Of a stretch of 64,000 nt of DNA, positions 1 to 12,672 are shown one piece after another. Origin of the DNA: Eubacteriales bacterium (GTDB lineage Bacteria; Bacillota; Clostridia; Oscillospirales; CAG-272); the NCBI GenBank assembly GCA_045633005.1, contig JAZQXT010000080.1, forward strand, positions 3,253 through 67,252. The letters are read 5' to 3'. The first letter of the stretch is position 1. Every line of letters starts with the position of its first letter. A program made the position numbers and the translations under genes. The notes under the pieces are model-generated. The model was not told where the DNA came from. It worked only from the letters and a program-made list of their open reading frames with translations, and made no database searches.

Positions 1-1
1 T

Positions 2-400
2 ATCAGGGAATTTCAGCGGCTGAACGGACTTAATATAACGGGCGTGGCAGACAAGGAAACGTGGGACAGGATATACGGCGAGTATCTTTTGTCGCTCGAA
101 AAGGCGCTTCCGCCCATTCCCTTTTCGCCTTTTCCGCTCACTCCTATGGACTATTCGGCAAAGATGGGCGACAGCGGCTTTTTGGTGCAAGCCATCCAGC
201 ACATTTTAGCCGAAATATCGCTGATATACAAAATTTTCCCCGAAATCGAGGAAAGCGGCGTGTTTGACGAGGCTACCGAAAACGCCGTTAAGACCTTACA
301 GCGAGGCTATTCGCTTGAAGAAACGGGGGCGGTCGACCGCAGAACGTGGAACGCGCTTGTCCGTCAGTACGAAAAGCGTGGTTTGTATTCTATGGAATAA
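2..400 (+). CDS. Peptidoglycan-binding domain protein, C-terminal part (5' end is outside the window)
   Basis: Frame is open from base 2 (IREFQRLNGLNITGVADKETW). A second PG_binding_1-like motif follows (GVFDEATENAVKTLQRGYSLEETGAVDRRTW). Confidence 0.75.
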   Translation: MREFQRLNGLNITGVADKETWDRIYGEYLLSLEKALPPIPFSPFPLTPMDYSAKMGDSGFLVQAIQHILAEISLIYKIFPEIEESGVFDEATENAVKTLQRGYSLEETGAVDRRTWNALVRQYEKRGLYSME

Positions 401-453
401 AGCCGCTTTTTTCCGTCATAAAATAGCTTGATACTATTTTAGGACGGTAAGAT

Positions 454-2886
454 ATGAAAAGCAAATTCACACAGAAGGCACAAAACACGCTGAACAACGC
501 GCTGACCATCGCAAAGGAGCTGGGGCACGGCTATATAGGCTCGGAACATCTGCTACTTGGGCTTCTCGGCGAGCGGGACAGCGCGGCGTATAAGCTACTT
601 TACGCACGCGGGGCGGATGCGGATAAGCTAAAAAACGCCGTCGCCGAGCTTGGCGGCGGCGAGGCAACGGCTCTTATCCCCTCTGATATGACACCGAGAA
701 CGAAAAAAATAATAGAAGCATCCTCGGATATTTCCGCGCGATATTCGCACGGCTACATCGGCACGGAGCATTTACTCCTTGCTATTATCGAGGAGCGCGA
801 TTGCGTAGCCGTAAGGCTGCTTGAATCCGTCGGCGTGCGTACGCAGGACGTGCGGAGCGATATTGCCGCTTTTCTCGAAAGCGTTTCCGAGCTACCGGGC
901 GTATCGCGTCTGCCCGCCCGCAAGGCGCACAAAAAGCAAGAAAGCGCAACTCCGACGCTCTTAAAATACGGCAGAGACCTTACCGCCGCCGCGGCTCAGG
1001 GGAAGATAGACCCCATTATCGGGCGTGATGCGGAAACCGAGCGCGTGATACAGATAGTTTGCCGTCGGAGAAAGAATAACCCTTGCCTTATAGGTGAGCC
1101 TGGTGTTGGCAAGACCGCAGTCGCGGAGGGGCTTGCGCAAAGGATAAGCGAGGGGAACGTCCCCGATATGCTTGAGGATAAGCGGATAATAAGCCTTGAC
1201 ATCTCCTCTATGATAGCGGGAGCAAAGTACCGCGGTGAATTTGAGGAGCGGATGCGCACGGTCATGGAGGAGATCGAAAAGAACCCCAACGTGATACTTT
1301 TTATCGACGAGATACACACCATAATCGGCGCGGGCGCGGCGGAGGGAGCGGTGGATGCGTCAAACATCCTGAAGCCCGCGCTTGCGCGGGGAGAAATACA
1401 GCTTATCGGCGCAACTACGCTTGAGGAATACCGCAAGCACATCGAAAAGGATGCGGCGCTTGAACGGCGCTTTCAGCCCGTAGCGGTAGGCGAGCCAACC
1501 GAGGATGAAACGCTTGATATCCTTCGCGGACTTCGTGATAAATACGAGGCTCACCACCGCCTTAAGATAAGCGACGAAGCGCTCCGTGCCGCAGTTTCGC
1601 TTTCGGTGCGATACGTTAGCGACAGATTTTTGCCCGACAAGGCGATAGACCTTATTGACGAAGCCGCCGCAGGAAAACGGATACTGAGCGATTACACTCC
1701 GCAGGATATAAGGGAGCTTGAGGGCAGGCTACACGCCGTTATCCACGACAAGGAGGAGGCAATCGGGAATCAGGATTTTGAACGCGCCGCCACGCTCCGA
1801 GATCAGGAAAAGGCAATAAGGAGCGAATACGAAAAGCTCGTCATATCGCACGATAACGAGAGAGGCAAGGAGCTTGACGCGGTGGTCGGCTACGCCGAGA
1901 TAGCCGAGGCGGTGACGCGGTGGACGGGCATTCCCGTTTCCGCGATAACCGAGAAGGAGGGCAAGCGCCTGTCCGAGCTTGCCGCGGACTTAAAAAAGGT
2001 GATAATAGGTCAGGACGGCGCGGTAGATGCACTCGCCGCCGCAATAACCAGGGGTCGCTCGGGGCTTGCTTCCCCGCACCGCCCCATTGGTTCTTTTATT
2101 TTCTGCGGCAACAGCGGTGTTGGAAAGACGGCTCTTTGCCGTGCGCTTGCGCGCGAGCTTTTCGGTGCGGAGAGTGCGCTGTTGCGATTTGATATGTCGG
2201 AATATATGGAAAAGCACAGCGTTTCGCGCCTTATCGGCTCGCCGCCCGGTTACGTTGGCTACGGCGACGGCGGACAGCTTACGGAAAGGGTGCGTCGCAA
2301 GCCGTACTCCGTCGTGCTTTTTGACGAGATAGAAAAGGCACATCCCGAAATTATAAACCTGCTTTTACAGCTTCTTGAGGACGGTCAGCTCACGGACTCG
2401 CAGGGGCGGAGCGTTAGCTTTCGCAACGCCGTGGTGATAATGACCTCAAACGTCGGAAGTAAAAGTAACACCTCAAGCTCGATAGGCTTTATAAACTCAA
2501 AAAGCTCCGCCGAGGACGAGGGGCGCGTGCGGCGTGCACTTAGCGAAGCGTTTCGTCCCGAATTCCTTGACAGAGTTGACGAGATAATTTACTTCCCACC
2601 GCTTTCCGAGGAAAGTCTGATAAAAATATGTTACGGAATGCTTGACGAGCTGATATCACGCGCGGCATCACGCGGAATCACGCTTGATTTTGAAAAAGAA
2701 GCCGTGCGGCACATCTGCTTGCAAGCTGACAACAAGGGCGCACGCAACCTGCGCCGACAGATATCGGTGCTCGTTGAAAACCCGCTTGCCGCCTTACTTC
2801 TTGAAGGTGCGGACGATACTGACGAAAAAATATCAGTTCGTCTTGACGCTGACGAAAAAAAACTCTTTTTTGATAGAAAAAGCTGA
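454..2886 (+). CDS. clpC: ATP-dependent Clp protease ATP-binding subunit, ClpC type
   Basis: Two Clp-N repeats ([15 protein letters not shown]; [12 protein letters not shown]), Walker [21 protein letters not shown] coiled coil, second Walker [18 protein letters not shown]. Confidence 0.93.
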   Translation: MKSKFTQKAQNTLNNALTIAKELGHGYIGSEHLLLGLLGERDSAAYKLLYARGADADKLKNAVAELGGGEATALIPSDMTPRTKKIIEASSDISARYSHGYIGTEHLLLAIIEERDCVAVRLLESVGVRTQDVRSDIAAFLESVSELPGVSRLPARKAHKKQESATPTLLKYGRDLTAAAAQGKIDPIIGRDAETERVIQIVCRRRKNNPCLIGEPGVGKTAVAEGLAQRISEGNVPDMLEDKRIISLDISSMIAGAKYRGEFEERMRTVMEEIEKNPNVILFIDEIHTIIGAGAAEGAVDASNILKPALARGEIQLIGATTLEEYRKHIEKDAALERRFQPVAVGEPTEDETLDILRGLRDKYEAHHRLKISDEALRAAVSLSVRYVSDRFLPDKAIDLIDEAAAGKRILSDYTPQDIRELEGRLHAVIHDKEEAIGNQDFERAATLRDQEKAIRSEYEKLVISHDNERGKELDAVVGYAEIAEAVTRWTGIPVSAITEKEGKRLSELAADLKKVIIGQDGAVDALAAAITRGRSGLASPHRPIGSFIFCGNSGVGKTALCRALARELFGAESALLRFDMSEYMEKHSVSRLIGSPPGYVGYGDGGQLTERVRRKPYSVVLFDEIEKAHPEIINLLLQLLEDGQLTDSQGRSVSFRNAVVIMTSNVGSKSNTSSSIGFINSKSSAEDEGRVRRALSEAFRPEFLDRVDEIIYFPPLSEESLIKICYGMLDELISRAASRGITLDFEKEAVRHICLQADNKGARNLRRQISVLVENPLAALLLEGADDTDEKISVRLDADEKKLFFDRKS

Positions 2887-2916
2887 AAAAATCAAGCCTT
2901 TGGATGCAATTTTCTA

Positions 2917-4325
<1,409 letters not shown>

Positions 4326-4346
4326 TCCGTAGATCAGCAATAATTT

Positions 4347-4376
4347 AAAAAAGCGGCGATCCTCGCCGCTTTTTTA
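4347..4376 (+). terminator. Rho-independent terminator after gdhA
   Basis: aaaaaagcggcga-tcc-tcgccgctttttt hairpin with T tract. Confidence 0.8.
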
Positions 4377-4379
4377 ATA

Positions 4380-4408
4380 TTGACAAAAAACGCGTTTAAT
4401 GATAAAAT
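4380..4408 (+). promoter_or_regulatory. Sigma-A promoter
   Basis: TTGACA-17 nt-TAAAAT with TG extension; GGAGG ribosome-binding site upstream of ATG 4440. Confidence 0.7.
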
Positions 4409-4439
4409 TAATAAATAAAGTTATTATGGAGGATATATT

Positions 4440-6200
4440 ATGACTCAAGCTACCAAAAGAGAAATAATCTCTAAACTCAGAGTGCTTGTCAGCATCATCA
4501 TGCTTGTCGCACTGCTCTCCTGCTTCTTTACGCCCGTCTTTACCTTTGACGCGTCGAGCGTTACTGACGGCGTTGAAGAGTTCGTTGCCTTTATCGATAT
4601 GGATGACGAGATCAAAAAAGCACCCGATACGTACGAATTTTCACTTACGGATTTTATTCTTATGCTTTTTGAAGCTCCCAACACCTTTAGCCTTTATTCC
4701 GATTATTGCGCTGTAAACGATTATTTCTTCGCGCTTCCCACGGTTCCGTCGGATAAGGCGCCCGCAATGCCCGAGATCACGCCCGAGGACGAGCGCGATC
4801 TTTCAAGCTTTGAGAACGAGGAAAAGCGCGATTACTGCCTCTTTATCATTTCCGTAGCGGAGTCGGTGCTTCCCACCCCCGCAGACGCTGAAAGCTACAA
4901 TGACTACGGCTCTGCCGTTTCAATACTGCTTCAATCCACGCCGCTTATACAGTTCCTTTTTGCCGTTATATTGTTGGTGCTTGCGTTGTTTGCACTGCCG
5001 ATATATTCTATCGTAGTGCTTATAAGAGCTCTCGTCAACGTCGCGCACCTCAGAAAGACCGAATACCCCATCGTTTATTCCGTTATGTCCGCCGCAACGT
5101 ACGCTCTGGCTCTGCCGCTTATGCAGCTTATGTTCCCGCAGTTCGGCGCGGCCGCGGGTTGGAAGATAATGTATGCCGGCTACGCCGCTTGCATCGTTCT
5201 CCTTGCGCTTCTCGCATGGCTCACCCCCACTTCCACCGAAAAGAAGAAGTATCGCCTCGTTGCTCAACTGACCTCGCTGGTTTCCGTAGCAGGCTCGCTG
5301 ATCGTGCTTTTTGCCGTTTTGAAGCTCGGATATCCCGCGCTGATAAGAAAGCCCCTTCTTGCGTTCGTTGAGGCATCGGAGTCCGCAGTCAATTCGTTTA
5401 TTGCGATTTTCGTAGTATACGTTGCAGGACTTGTGGTCGGACTTCTCGGTATCAATTACTTCCCCTTGCTCATCTCCCGAATCGCTTGCGGCGTAAACGA
5501 CAGAAAGGCAAAGATCCCCACGTTTATCCCCACCGCTATTGCGGGCTTGATATTTGCTTGTATTCCCATGCTCCTCTCCCGCGAGGACTTCACGTCTTCC
5601 CTTTCCGTACCCTTTATCGATCTCGGCGACGGAAAAACGTATGCATATATGCTTATTGCGGGAATGCTCGTATTTATCGTCGGTGAAATACTTATGCTCG
5701 TGCTTGGCAAGAAGCTCTGCCCCCAGCTTGAGCCCCTTGAGTGCCTTGAGATACTTACCTGCACCGCGCCCACTCCCGACGAGGAGCTCGAAAAGGCTAA
5801 CCGCATAGTAGAGAGCGCCCAGCAAGCCGCCGAAACTGCCGCCGCCGTTGCATCGACCGTTGCCGCCGCTACCGCAGCCGCCGTCGTAGCCGCAAAGGTG
5901 GCAAGCGAAGCTACTGCTCCCGCTACACCTGTTTTGGAGGTTCCTTTTGAGGAAGTTCCTGCTGAAGAAGTTCCTGCCGAGGAAGCAACTGTTGAAGAAG
6001 CTCCCGCCGAGGAAGTTCCTGCCGAGGAAGTTCCTGCTAAGGAAGTTCCTGCTGAGGAAGTTCCTCGGCAGGAAGTTCCTGCCGAGGAAGCTTCTGTTGA
6101 AGAATCACCTGTTGAGGAAGCACCTGCTGAGGAAGCACCTGCTGAGGAAGCTCCTGTTGAAGAAGCTACCGCCAAGGAAGCGCCTGAAACTGTTGAATAA
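4440..6200 (+). CDS. Multi-pass membrane protein with an acidic C-terminal EEVPA repeat tail, function unknown
   Basis: About 8 hydrophobic segments, an extracytoplasmic-looking N-terminal loop, an Ala-rich linker and a pentapeptide repeat tail. Confidence 0.75.
   Translation: MTQATKREIISKLRVLVSIIMLVALLSCFFTPVFTFDASSVTDGVEEFVAFIDMDDEIKKAPDTYEFSLTDFILMLFEAPNTFSLYSDYCAVNDYFFALPTVPSDKAPAMPEITPEDERDLSSFENEEKRDYCLFIISVAESVLPTPADAESYNDYGSAVSILLQSTPLIQFLFAVILLVLALFALPIYSIVVLIRALVNVAHLRKTEYPIVYSVMSAATYALALPLMQLMFPQFGAAAGWKIMYAGYAACIVLLALLAWLTPTSTEKKKYRLVAQLTSLVSVAGSLIVLFAVLKLGYPALIRKPLLAFVEASESAVNSFIAIFVVYVAGLVVGLLGINYFPLLISRIACGVNDRKAKIPTFIPTAIAGLIFACIPMLLSREDFTSSLSVPFIDLGDGKTYAYMLIAGMLVFIVGEILMLVLGKKLCPQLEPLECLEILTCTAPTPDEELEKANRIVESAQQAAETAAAVASTVAAATAAAVVAAKVASEATAPATPVLEVPFEEVPAEEVPAEEATVEEAPAEEVPAEEVPAKEVPAEEVPRQEVPAEEASVEESPVEEAPAEEAPAEEAPVEEATAKEAPETVE
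5949..6190 (+). repeat. Coding 15-bp tandem repeat (GAGGAAGTTCCTGCN), about 16 degenerate units
   Basis: Directly visible; encodes EEVPA/EEAPA. Confidence 0.9.
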
Positions 6201-6250
6201 TCGACCATACAAAAAACCGTTGGGCCTCGCCCAACGGTTTTGGTATTTAT

Positions 6251-7420
6251 TTAGAGTGTTTCGCAAACGCTCATCAGCCAATCGCCAAACTCGGAGCAAG
6301 ATGCGCCGTCGCTTCTGCCCGTGATCTTGAGCTCTGCATCGGGTGCGGTGCAGATATCAAGTGCGCGGGAGAGCTTGTTTGCCTCGGCGATATAGCCGAT
6401 GTGGCGAAGAAGCATCTCGGTTGCGCGAAGCATACTTGCGGGGTTGGCGTACGCGCCGTCTCCGCGCTCGATCATACGGGGAGCAGAGCCGTGGATCGCC
6501 TCAAACATTGCGTAGTGAGAGCCCGCATTGGAGCTGCCCGCAGTACCTACGCCGCCCTGGATCTGCGCCGCCTCGTCGGTGATGATGTCACCGTAGAGGT
6601 TGGGAAGCAGGAATACTTGGAAGTCCGCGCGGCCTCTTTCGTCAACGAGCTTTGCGGTCATAATGTCGATGTACCAATCCTCAACGGTAAGGGAGGGATA
6701 CTCGGCATCCGCGATAGCGTGAGCTATGCGGGAGAACTTACCGTCGGTCTTTTTCATAATATTAGCCTTGGTGACGCAAGCAACGCGAGTCTTGCCGTTC
6801 TTTACCGCAAAATCGTAAGCGGCGCGGCAGATACGCTCCGTTCCCGCATCGGTAGTTACCTTAAAGTCACAGCAAAGCTCATTGGGGATCTCAACGCCGC
6901 GGCTACCGAGAACGTACTCACCCTCGGTATTCTCGCGGAAGAACGTCCAGTCGATTCCCTGCTCGGGAACGGATACGGGACGGATGTTGGCAAAAAGGTC
7001 AAGCTCGCGGCGCATTGCTACGTTTGCACTTTCAAGCTCCTTTGCGCCCGTGCCGCCCTTGGGCGTGGTGGTCGGGCCCTTGAGGATGACGTTGCACTCC
7101 TTGAGAGCCGCAAGAACGTCATCGGGAATAGCCTTTCCGCAGGCTATTCTGTTTTCAATGGTAAGTCCCTCGATATCACGAAGCTCGATTCTGCCCGATG
7201 CGATAGCATCCTTAAGAAGAAATTCAAGCACACGGCGAGCCTCCGCGGTGATGATCGGGCCTATGCCGTCGCCGCCGCAGCAGCCGATGATGATCTTATC
7301 AAGCTTTGCAAAATCGGTCGCGGGGGGCGCGTTCTTCATCTTTTCGGCTCTTGCCGATTGCTCGCGCAGTATGGTCTCAAACTGCGCAACCGCTTCTTTT
7401 ATATAATCTTCACGATTCAT
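6251..7420 (-). CDS. icd: Isocitrate/isopropylmalate dehydrogenase family protein, probably isocitrate dehydrogenase
   Basis: GDGIGP, LKGPTTTP, RENTEGEY, KANIMK, PNLYGDIITD, FEAIHGSAP; follows aconitase in the operon. Confidence 0.8.
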   Translation of the reverse strand: MNREDYIKEAVAQFETILREQSARAEKMKNAPPATDFAKLDKIIIGCCGGDGIGPIITAEARRVLEFLLKDAIASGRIELRDIEGLTIENRIACGKAIPDDVLAALKECNVILKGPTTTPKGGTGAKELESANVAMRRELDLFANIRPVSVPEQGIDWTFFRENTEGEYVLGSRGVEIPNELCCDFKVTTDAGTERICRAAYDFAVKNGKTRVACVTKANIMKKTDGKFSRIAHAIADAEYPSLTVEDWYIDIMTAKLVDERGRADFQVFLLPNLYGDIITDEAAQIQGGVGTAGSSNAGSHYAMFEAIHGSAPRMIERGDGAYANPASMLRATEMLLRHIGYIAEANKLSRALDICTAPDAELKITGRSDGASCSEFGDWLMSVCETL

Positions 7421-7437
7421 TTTCGTAATTTCCTTTC

Positions 7438-9369
7438 TTATTTAACGTTTTTTCCCGTGAGGGCAAGCAGACCGCCCGCACGCATGATCTCGCGCTGACG
7501 CTCGGAAAGCTCGCATACAAGCTCGATCTTTGCGCCCGTGGTCTTATCGGTGAGAATGACTTTTCCGCTTACGATGCCCGCATCAAGTCCGTCGATGCTG
7601 ATTGCATCGCCCTCGGTGAGCTTATCGTAATCTGCGGCATCGGCAAAGGTGAGAGGAAGGATTCCCGCGTTAACGAGGTTATCGCGGTGAATTCTTGCAA
7701 AGCTCTTGGCAACTACCGCGCGCACGCCGAGGTAAAGAGGAACAAGTGCGGCGTGCTCACGCGACGAGCCCTGACCGTAGTTCGAGCCGCCGACGATGAT
7801 GCTCTTGCCTGCCGCCTTTGCTCTTTCGGGGAACGCGGGATCGCAGACGTTGAAGCAGAACTCGCTCATCTTCGGGATGTTGGAACGGTAAGGCAGAATA
7901 GCCGCGCCCGCAGGCATAATGTGGTCGGTGGTGATGTTATCGCCAACCTTAAGGGTAAGCGTTGCATCTATGGTGTCAGACAGCGGGAAGGTCTCGGGGT
8001 AGCCCTTGATGTTAGGACCGCGAAGAACCTCGGCAGTCTTTGCCTCCTCTGCGGAGAGAGGCTCGATAATGCCGCTGTCGTCGATATCAAAGCTTTCGGG
8101 AAGAGTGATCGCGGGATACTCGCCAAGCGTTCTCGGGTCGGTGATAACACCCGTGATAGCGGATGCGGCGGCTACCTCGGGGGAAACGAGGAATACCTTT
8201 GCATCGCGAGTGCCGCTTCTGCCCTCGAAGTTACGGTTGAAGGTACGAAGGGAAACGCCCTCGCTCTCGGGAGAGAAGCCCATACCGATGCAAGGTCCGC
8301 AAGCGCATTCAAGCAGACGCGCGTCGGCGCTGAGAATATCGGTAAGAGCGCCGCAGGAAGAAAGCATCGTAAGAACCTGCTTGGAGCCGGGGGAGACCGA
8401 CATACCAACGGTGGGAGCTACGGTCTTGCCGCGAAGAATAGCGGCAACCGCAAGCATATCTGCAAGCGAGGAGTTAGTGCAAGAGCCAACGCATACCTGA
8501 CTTACGGGCATACCTGCAAGCTCGCTGATCCTCTTGATATTATCGGGGCTGTGGGGGCAAGCCGCCATAGGCTCAAGCTCCGAAAGATTTATGTCGATAA
8601 CTCTGTCGTAAACTGCATCGGGGTCTGCGCTGATGGGAGTGAAATCGGCCTCTCTGCCCTGCGCGATAAGGAACTGACGGGTAACCTCGTCAGACGGGAA
8701 GATGGACGTGGTCGCGCCAAGCTCGGCACCCATATTGGTAATGGTAGCACGCTGAGGAACGGTAAGAGAAGCTACGCCCTCTCCGCCCCACTCGATGATC
8801 GCGCCGACTCCTCCCTTTACGGAGAGGATGCGAAGTATCTCAAGGCTGACGTCCTTGGCAGTTACCCAAGGAGAGAGCTTGCCCGTGAGATTAACGCGGA
8901 ACATTTTGGGCATGATCATAGAATACGCACCGCCGCCCATTGCAACCGCAACGTCAAGTCCGCCTGCGCCAAACGCGAGCATACCGATACCGCCCGCGGT
9001 GGGGGTATGGCTGTCGGAGCCGATAAGAGTCTTTCCGGGAACGCCAAAGCGTTCAAGGTTTACCTGATGGCAGATGCCGTTGCCGGGGCGAGAATAGCGG
9101 ATTCCGTACTTCGCCGCCGCAGTGCGGATGAAGCGGTGGTCGTCGGCGTTCATAAAGCCCGACTGAAGCGTGTTGTGGTCGATATACGCAACCGAAAGCT
9201 CGGTCCTTACTCTGTCGATACCGATAGCCTCAAACTCTATGTATGCCATGGTTCCCGTGGCATCCTGCGTAAGAGTGCGGTCGATGTGAAGCGATATCTC
9301 ACTTCCCGGTGTCATATCTCCGCTGACAAGATGTGCGGAGATTATTTTTTGTGCAATGGTCTGTCCCAT
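7438..9369 (-). CDS. Aconitate hydratase
   Basis: QDATGT, GNGICHQ, GSDSHT, GSCTN, CGPCIG, FNRNFEGR, TTDHI, NYGQGSSREHA. Confidence 0.92.
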   Translation of the reverse strand: MGQTIAQKIISAHLVSGDMTPGSEISLHIDRTLTQDATGTMAYIEFEAIGIDRVRTELSVAYIDHNTLQSGFMNADDHRFIRTAAAKYGIRYSRPGNGICHQVNLERFGVPGKTLIGSDSHTPTAGGIGMLAFGAGGLDVAVAMGGGAYSMIMPKMFRVNLTGKLSPWVTAKDVSLEILRILSVKGGVGAIIEWGGEGVASLTVPQRATITNMGAELGATTSIFPSDEVTRQFLIAQGREADFTPISADPDAVYDRVIDINLSELEPMAACPHSPDNIKRISELAGMPVSQVCVGSCTNSSLADMLAVAAILRGKTVAPTVGMSVSPGSKQVLTMLSSCGALTDILSADARLLECACGPCIGMGFSPESEGVSLRTFNRNFEGRSGTRDAKVFLVSPEVAAASAITGVITDPRTLGEYPAITLPESFDIDDSGIIEPLSAEEAKTAEVLRGPNIKGYPETFPLSDTIDATLTLKVGDNITTDHIMPAGAAILPYRSNIPKMSEFCFNVCDPAFPERAKAAGKSIIVGGSNYGQGSSREHAALVPLYLGVRAVVAKSFARIHRDNLVNAGILPLTFADAADYDKLTEGDAISIDGLDAGIVSGKVILTDKTTGAKIELVCELSERQREIMRAGGLLALTGKNVK

Positions 9370-9370
9370 A

Positions 9371-10738
9371 TCAGTTATGCTCCTTTTTATATTTCTGAAT
9401 CAAATTTTCAAGCTCACGCGAGGATATAACGGTCTGTCTGCCGTCTGCATATTGCTCGTCTACCCATTCCTTAACGTATGCAACGATGGGGTCCTTTTTG
9501 GTGATCGCATCACTGCCCGAAAGGCGATAGTGCGCGTTTATCCAATACGCGATTCCCGCAAGTCCCGACGTGGAGCTGACGGTTACGCCCGCAGGTCTGC
9601 CGAGTATCTTGCCCGTGTCGAAGATGTTGTATATCTCCTCGTCCTTGAGCATACCGTCCGCGTGGATACCCGCGCGAGTGGTATTGAAGTCCTCGCCGAC
9701 GAAGGGGGTCATGGGCGGGATATTGTAGCCCATCTCGTTCTTGAAGTAATCCGCGATCTCCGTGATAACGGTGGGGTCCATGCCGTCCATCGTACCCTTG
9801 AGAGATGCGTACTCGAATACCATAGCCTCAAGCGGAACGTTACCCGTTCTCTCGCCTATGCCGAGGAGCGAGGTGTTGACCGCGCTTGCGCCGTAGAGCC
9901 AAGCGCAGGATGCATTTGCAACTGCCTTATAAAAATCGTTATGTCCGTGCCATTCAAGCTGTTCGCTCGGCACGTCCGCGTAATGCTGAAGTCCGTAGAT
10001 AATACCCGGAACGCTTCGGGGGAGTGCGACCTCGCTGTATGGTACTCCGTAGCCCATAGTGTCGCAGGCGCGGATCCTTACGGGGATGCCCGCTTCCTTG
10101 GACAGCTTTTGAATAGCGTTTACGAAAGGAACAACGAAGCCGTAGAAATCAGCGCGGGTTATATCCTCGAAGTGACAACGGGGACGGATGCCCATTTCAA
10201 GCGCGGCGGATATGGTCTTAAGATAATGCTCAAGCGCCTGCTTTCTCGTCATTCCGAGCTTTTTGAAGATGTGATAGTCCGAGCAGGATACGAGAATACC
10301 CGTTTCCTTTATGCCGAGGTCTTTTACAAGCTTAAAATCGTTAAGACTTGCTCTTATCCAAGTGGTTATTTCGGGGAACTCAAGTCCGAGCTCCATACAG
10401 GAATTAAGCGCCTTGCGGTCGTTTTCGCTATACACGAAAAATTCAGTAGCTCTGATTATACCCTTGGGTCCGCCAAGGCGTGACATCATTTTATAAAGGT
10501 CAACGATCTGCTTTACCGTATAGGGAGCTTGGGACTGCATACCGTCGCGGAAGGAGGTATCGGTTATCCATATCTCCTCGGGCATATTAAGCGGCACGCG
10601 GCGATGGTTGAAGGGCACCATCGGCACTTCGCTATAGGTGTATATCTCGCGGTAGAGATTAGGCTCTTCAACGTCCTGAAGCGAGTATCTGTATGATTTT
10701 TGCTCTAAAAGATTAGATTTTTTGGAGATTTCTATCAT
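9371..10738 (-). CDS. Re-citrate synthase (DRE-TIM, isopropylmalate/homocitrate synthase family)
   Basis: DTSFRDGMQS, HGHND, GIGERTGN, RAGIHADG; heads an aconitase-IDH operon as in clostridial Re-citrate synthase loci. Confidence 0.8.
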   Translation of the reverse strand: MIEISKKSNLLEQKSYRYSLQDVEEPNLYREIYTYSEVPMVPFNHRRVPLNMPEEIWITDTSFRDGMQSQAPYTVKQIVDLYKMMSRLGGPKGIIRATEFFVYSENDRKALNSCMELGLEFPEITTWIRASLNDFKLVKDLGIKETGILVSCSDYHIFKKLGMTRKQALEHYLKTISAALEMGIRPRCHFEDITRADFYGFVVPFVNAIQKLSKEAGIPVRIRACDTMGYGVPYSEVALPRSVPGIIYGLQHYADVPSEQLEWHGHNDFYKAVANASCAWLYGASAVNTSLLGIGERTGNVPLEAMVFEYASLKGTMDGMDPTVITEIADYFKNEMGYNIPPMTPFVGEDFNTTRAGIHADGMLKDEEIYNIFDTGKILGRPAGVTVSSTSGLAGIAYWINAHYRLSGSDAITKKDPIVAYVKEWVDEQYADGRQTVISSRELENLIQKYKKEHN

Positions 10739-11040
10739 ATTTTTTGCCTCCGTTAATTAATTAAATAACAAATCACAGTTATTATACTACTTTTTCTTTG
10801 ATTTTGCAAGACATATTTGAATATTTTTCATATTTTACTATATTTAATTAAAAAAACACGCGGCGATTGCAAGTTTCGGCGTGCTTTTATTCGTTTTTGG
10901 CTCTTCACGGGCATCAAAATGCGACTTTTTGCCGCGGTGTGCAATTTGCTTTATATATTTTTTCAACTTTTTGGCGCAAAGCACTTGATTTCTTATTTTA
11001 TTTTTGTAATAATATATATAGTATATCTTGGAGGTGCGCC

Positions 11041-11808
11041 ATGCTCGAAAACCATACTGAACAGTATCATCTCAAATGCAAGCCCGACGATATAGGCGGA
11101 TATTGCATACTTCCCGGTGACCCCGCAAGAGTTCCGAAGATATCCGCGTATCTTGACCTTTCGCGCCACGTTGCCGCGAACCGCGAGTACACGATACACA
11201 CGGGATTGCTTTGCGGTGAAAAGGTTACCGTTTGCTCAACGGGCATCGGCGGTCCATCGACCGCTATTGCCGTAGAAGAGCTTGCGGCTTGCGGTGCGCA
11301 CACCTTTATCAGAGTCGGCACTTGTGGCGGTATATCCACGCTCGTGCGCTCGGGTGACGTAGTTATTGCCACGGGTGCGGTACGTCAGGACGGAACGAGC
11401 CGCGAATACGCGCCCATCGAATTCCCCGCAGTACCCGACCCCGACGTGCTTTTCTCGCTTATTGCGGCGGCAAGAGATGAAAAATTCTCATACCACGCGG
11501 GAGTCGTGCAAAGCAAGGACTCGTTCTACGGTCAGCACTCGCCCGAAAGAATGCCGATATATAACGAGCTTTTGGCAAAATGGGAGGCTTACAAGCGCCT
11601 TGGCGTGCTTGCAAGTGAAATGGAGGCTTCCACGCTCTTTACCGTCGGTGCAACGCTCGGCGTGCGCTGTGGCGCGGTATTCCACGTAGTATGGAATCAG
11701 GAGCGCGCAAACCTCGGACTTGACACGGACGAAAACGAAAGTCACGACACAGACCGCGCTATTCGCGTTGCGATAGGCGCAATAAAACAAATGATTACAG
11801 CTCAATAA
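11041..11808 (+). CDS. udp: Uridine phosphorylase
   Basis: [26 protein letters not shown]; GGAGG RBS before ATG 11041. Confidence 0.88.
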   Translation: MLENHTEQYHLKCKPDDIGGYCILPGDPARVPKISAYLDLSRHVAANREYTIHTGLLCGEKVTVCSTGIGGPSTAIAVEELAACGAHTFIRVGTCGGISTLVRSGDVVIATGAVRQDGTSREYAPIEFPAVPDPDVLFSLIAAARDEKFSYHAGVVQSKDSFYGQHSPERMPIYNELLAKWEAYKRLGVLASEMEASTLFTVGATLGVRCGAVFHVVWNQERANLGLDTDENESHDTDRAIRVAIGAIKQMITAQ

Positions 11809-11816
11809 GGTGAAAC

Positions 11817-12656
11817 ATGGAAAACAAAACTAAAGGAAAATTTGACGGCTGGCTTCTTTATTCCGATTTCGACGGAACGGTATACAGCGAAGCTATAACG
11901 GTAGAGGCTAAGCCGAAATCAAAAATATCGCAGGAAAACATAGACGCTATTCGCTATTTTCAGGAAAACGGCGGTCGCTTTGCCTTTGCAAGCGGACGCT
12001 TCGTTTCGATGATATGCGAGACCGTGCCGGAGATCAAGCTAAACGCCCCCGTCATATCCGTAAACGGCGCGATACTTGCCTCGCCCGACGACTTTTCGGA
12101 GATTCGCCGCGGAACTATCGACTCAGCTTCGATGTTTGAATATATGTATAACCTCTACAAGACCGACAAGGGCGTTGTGGGCGGTCATTTTTACGGCGGA
12201 GACAACGAATCGTACCACTTCTCCGCCCTCTACGGCGACGAACCCGACCGCGATGCGTTTCTCGCTTCAATGCCCGACAAGTGCCTCAAGATGATCATTC
12301 TCGTTACCGACGAGGACAGCGACAGAGTGACAAAGCTTGTGGAGGATCAGCTTAGCGACAGATACCATATCTCGCGTAGCTGGATAAATGGCATCGAGGT
12401 GGTCGATAAGGCGTTTTCAAAGGGTCAGGCGGCAAAATTTGCAAAGGAATACGTGGGTGCTGAACATCTCGTTTGCGTTGGCGACTACGAAAACGATATT
12501 GATATGATAGAAGCCGCCGATATCGGCTACGCCGTGGCTAACGCCATTCCCGCAGTAAAGGCGGTCGCCGACAGAATAACCGTTTCCGTTCACGAGCACG
12601 CGCTTGCCGCGATAGTTCGTGAGCTTGAAGCGGAAATTGACGCAAGCCAAAACTAA
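11817..12656 (+). CDS. Cof-type HAD-IIB hydrolase
   Basis: SDFDGT motif I, ASGR, VGDYENDIDM motif IV. Confidence 0.85.
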   Translation: MENKTKGKFDGWLLYSDFDGTVYSEAITVEAKPKSKISQENIDAIRYFQENGGRFAFASGRFVSMICETVPEIKLNAPVISVNGAILASPDDFSEIRRGTIDSASMFEYMYNLYKTDKGVVGGHFYGGDNESYHFSALYGDEPDRDAFLASMPDKCLKMIILVTDEDSDRVTKLVEDQLSDRYHISRSWINGIEVVDKAFSKGQAAKFAKEYVGAEHLVCVGDYENDIDMIEAADIGYAVANAIPAVKAVADRITVSVHEHALAAIVRELEAEIDASQN

Positions 12657-12672
12657 ATTTCAGGAGCAAGCT

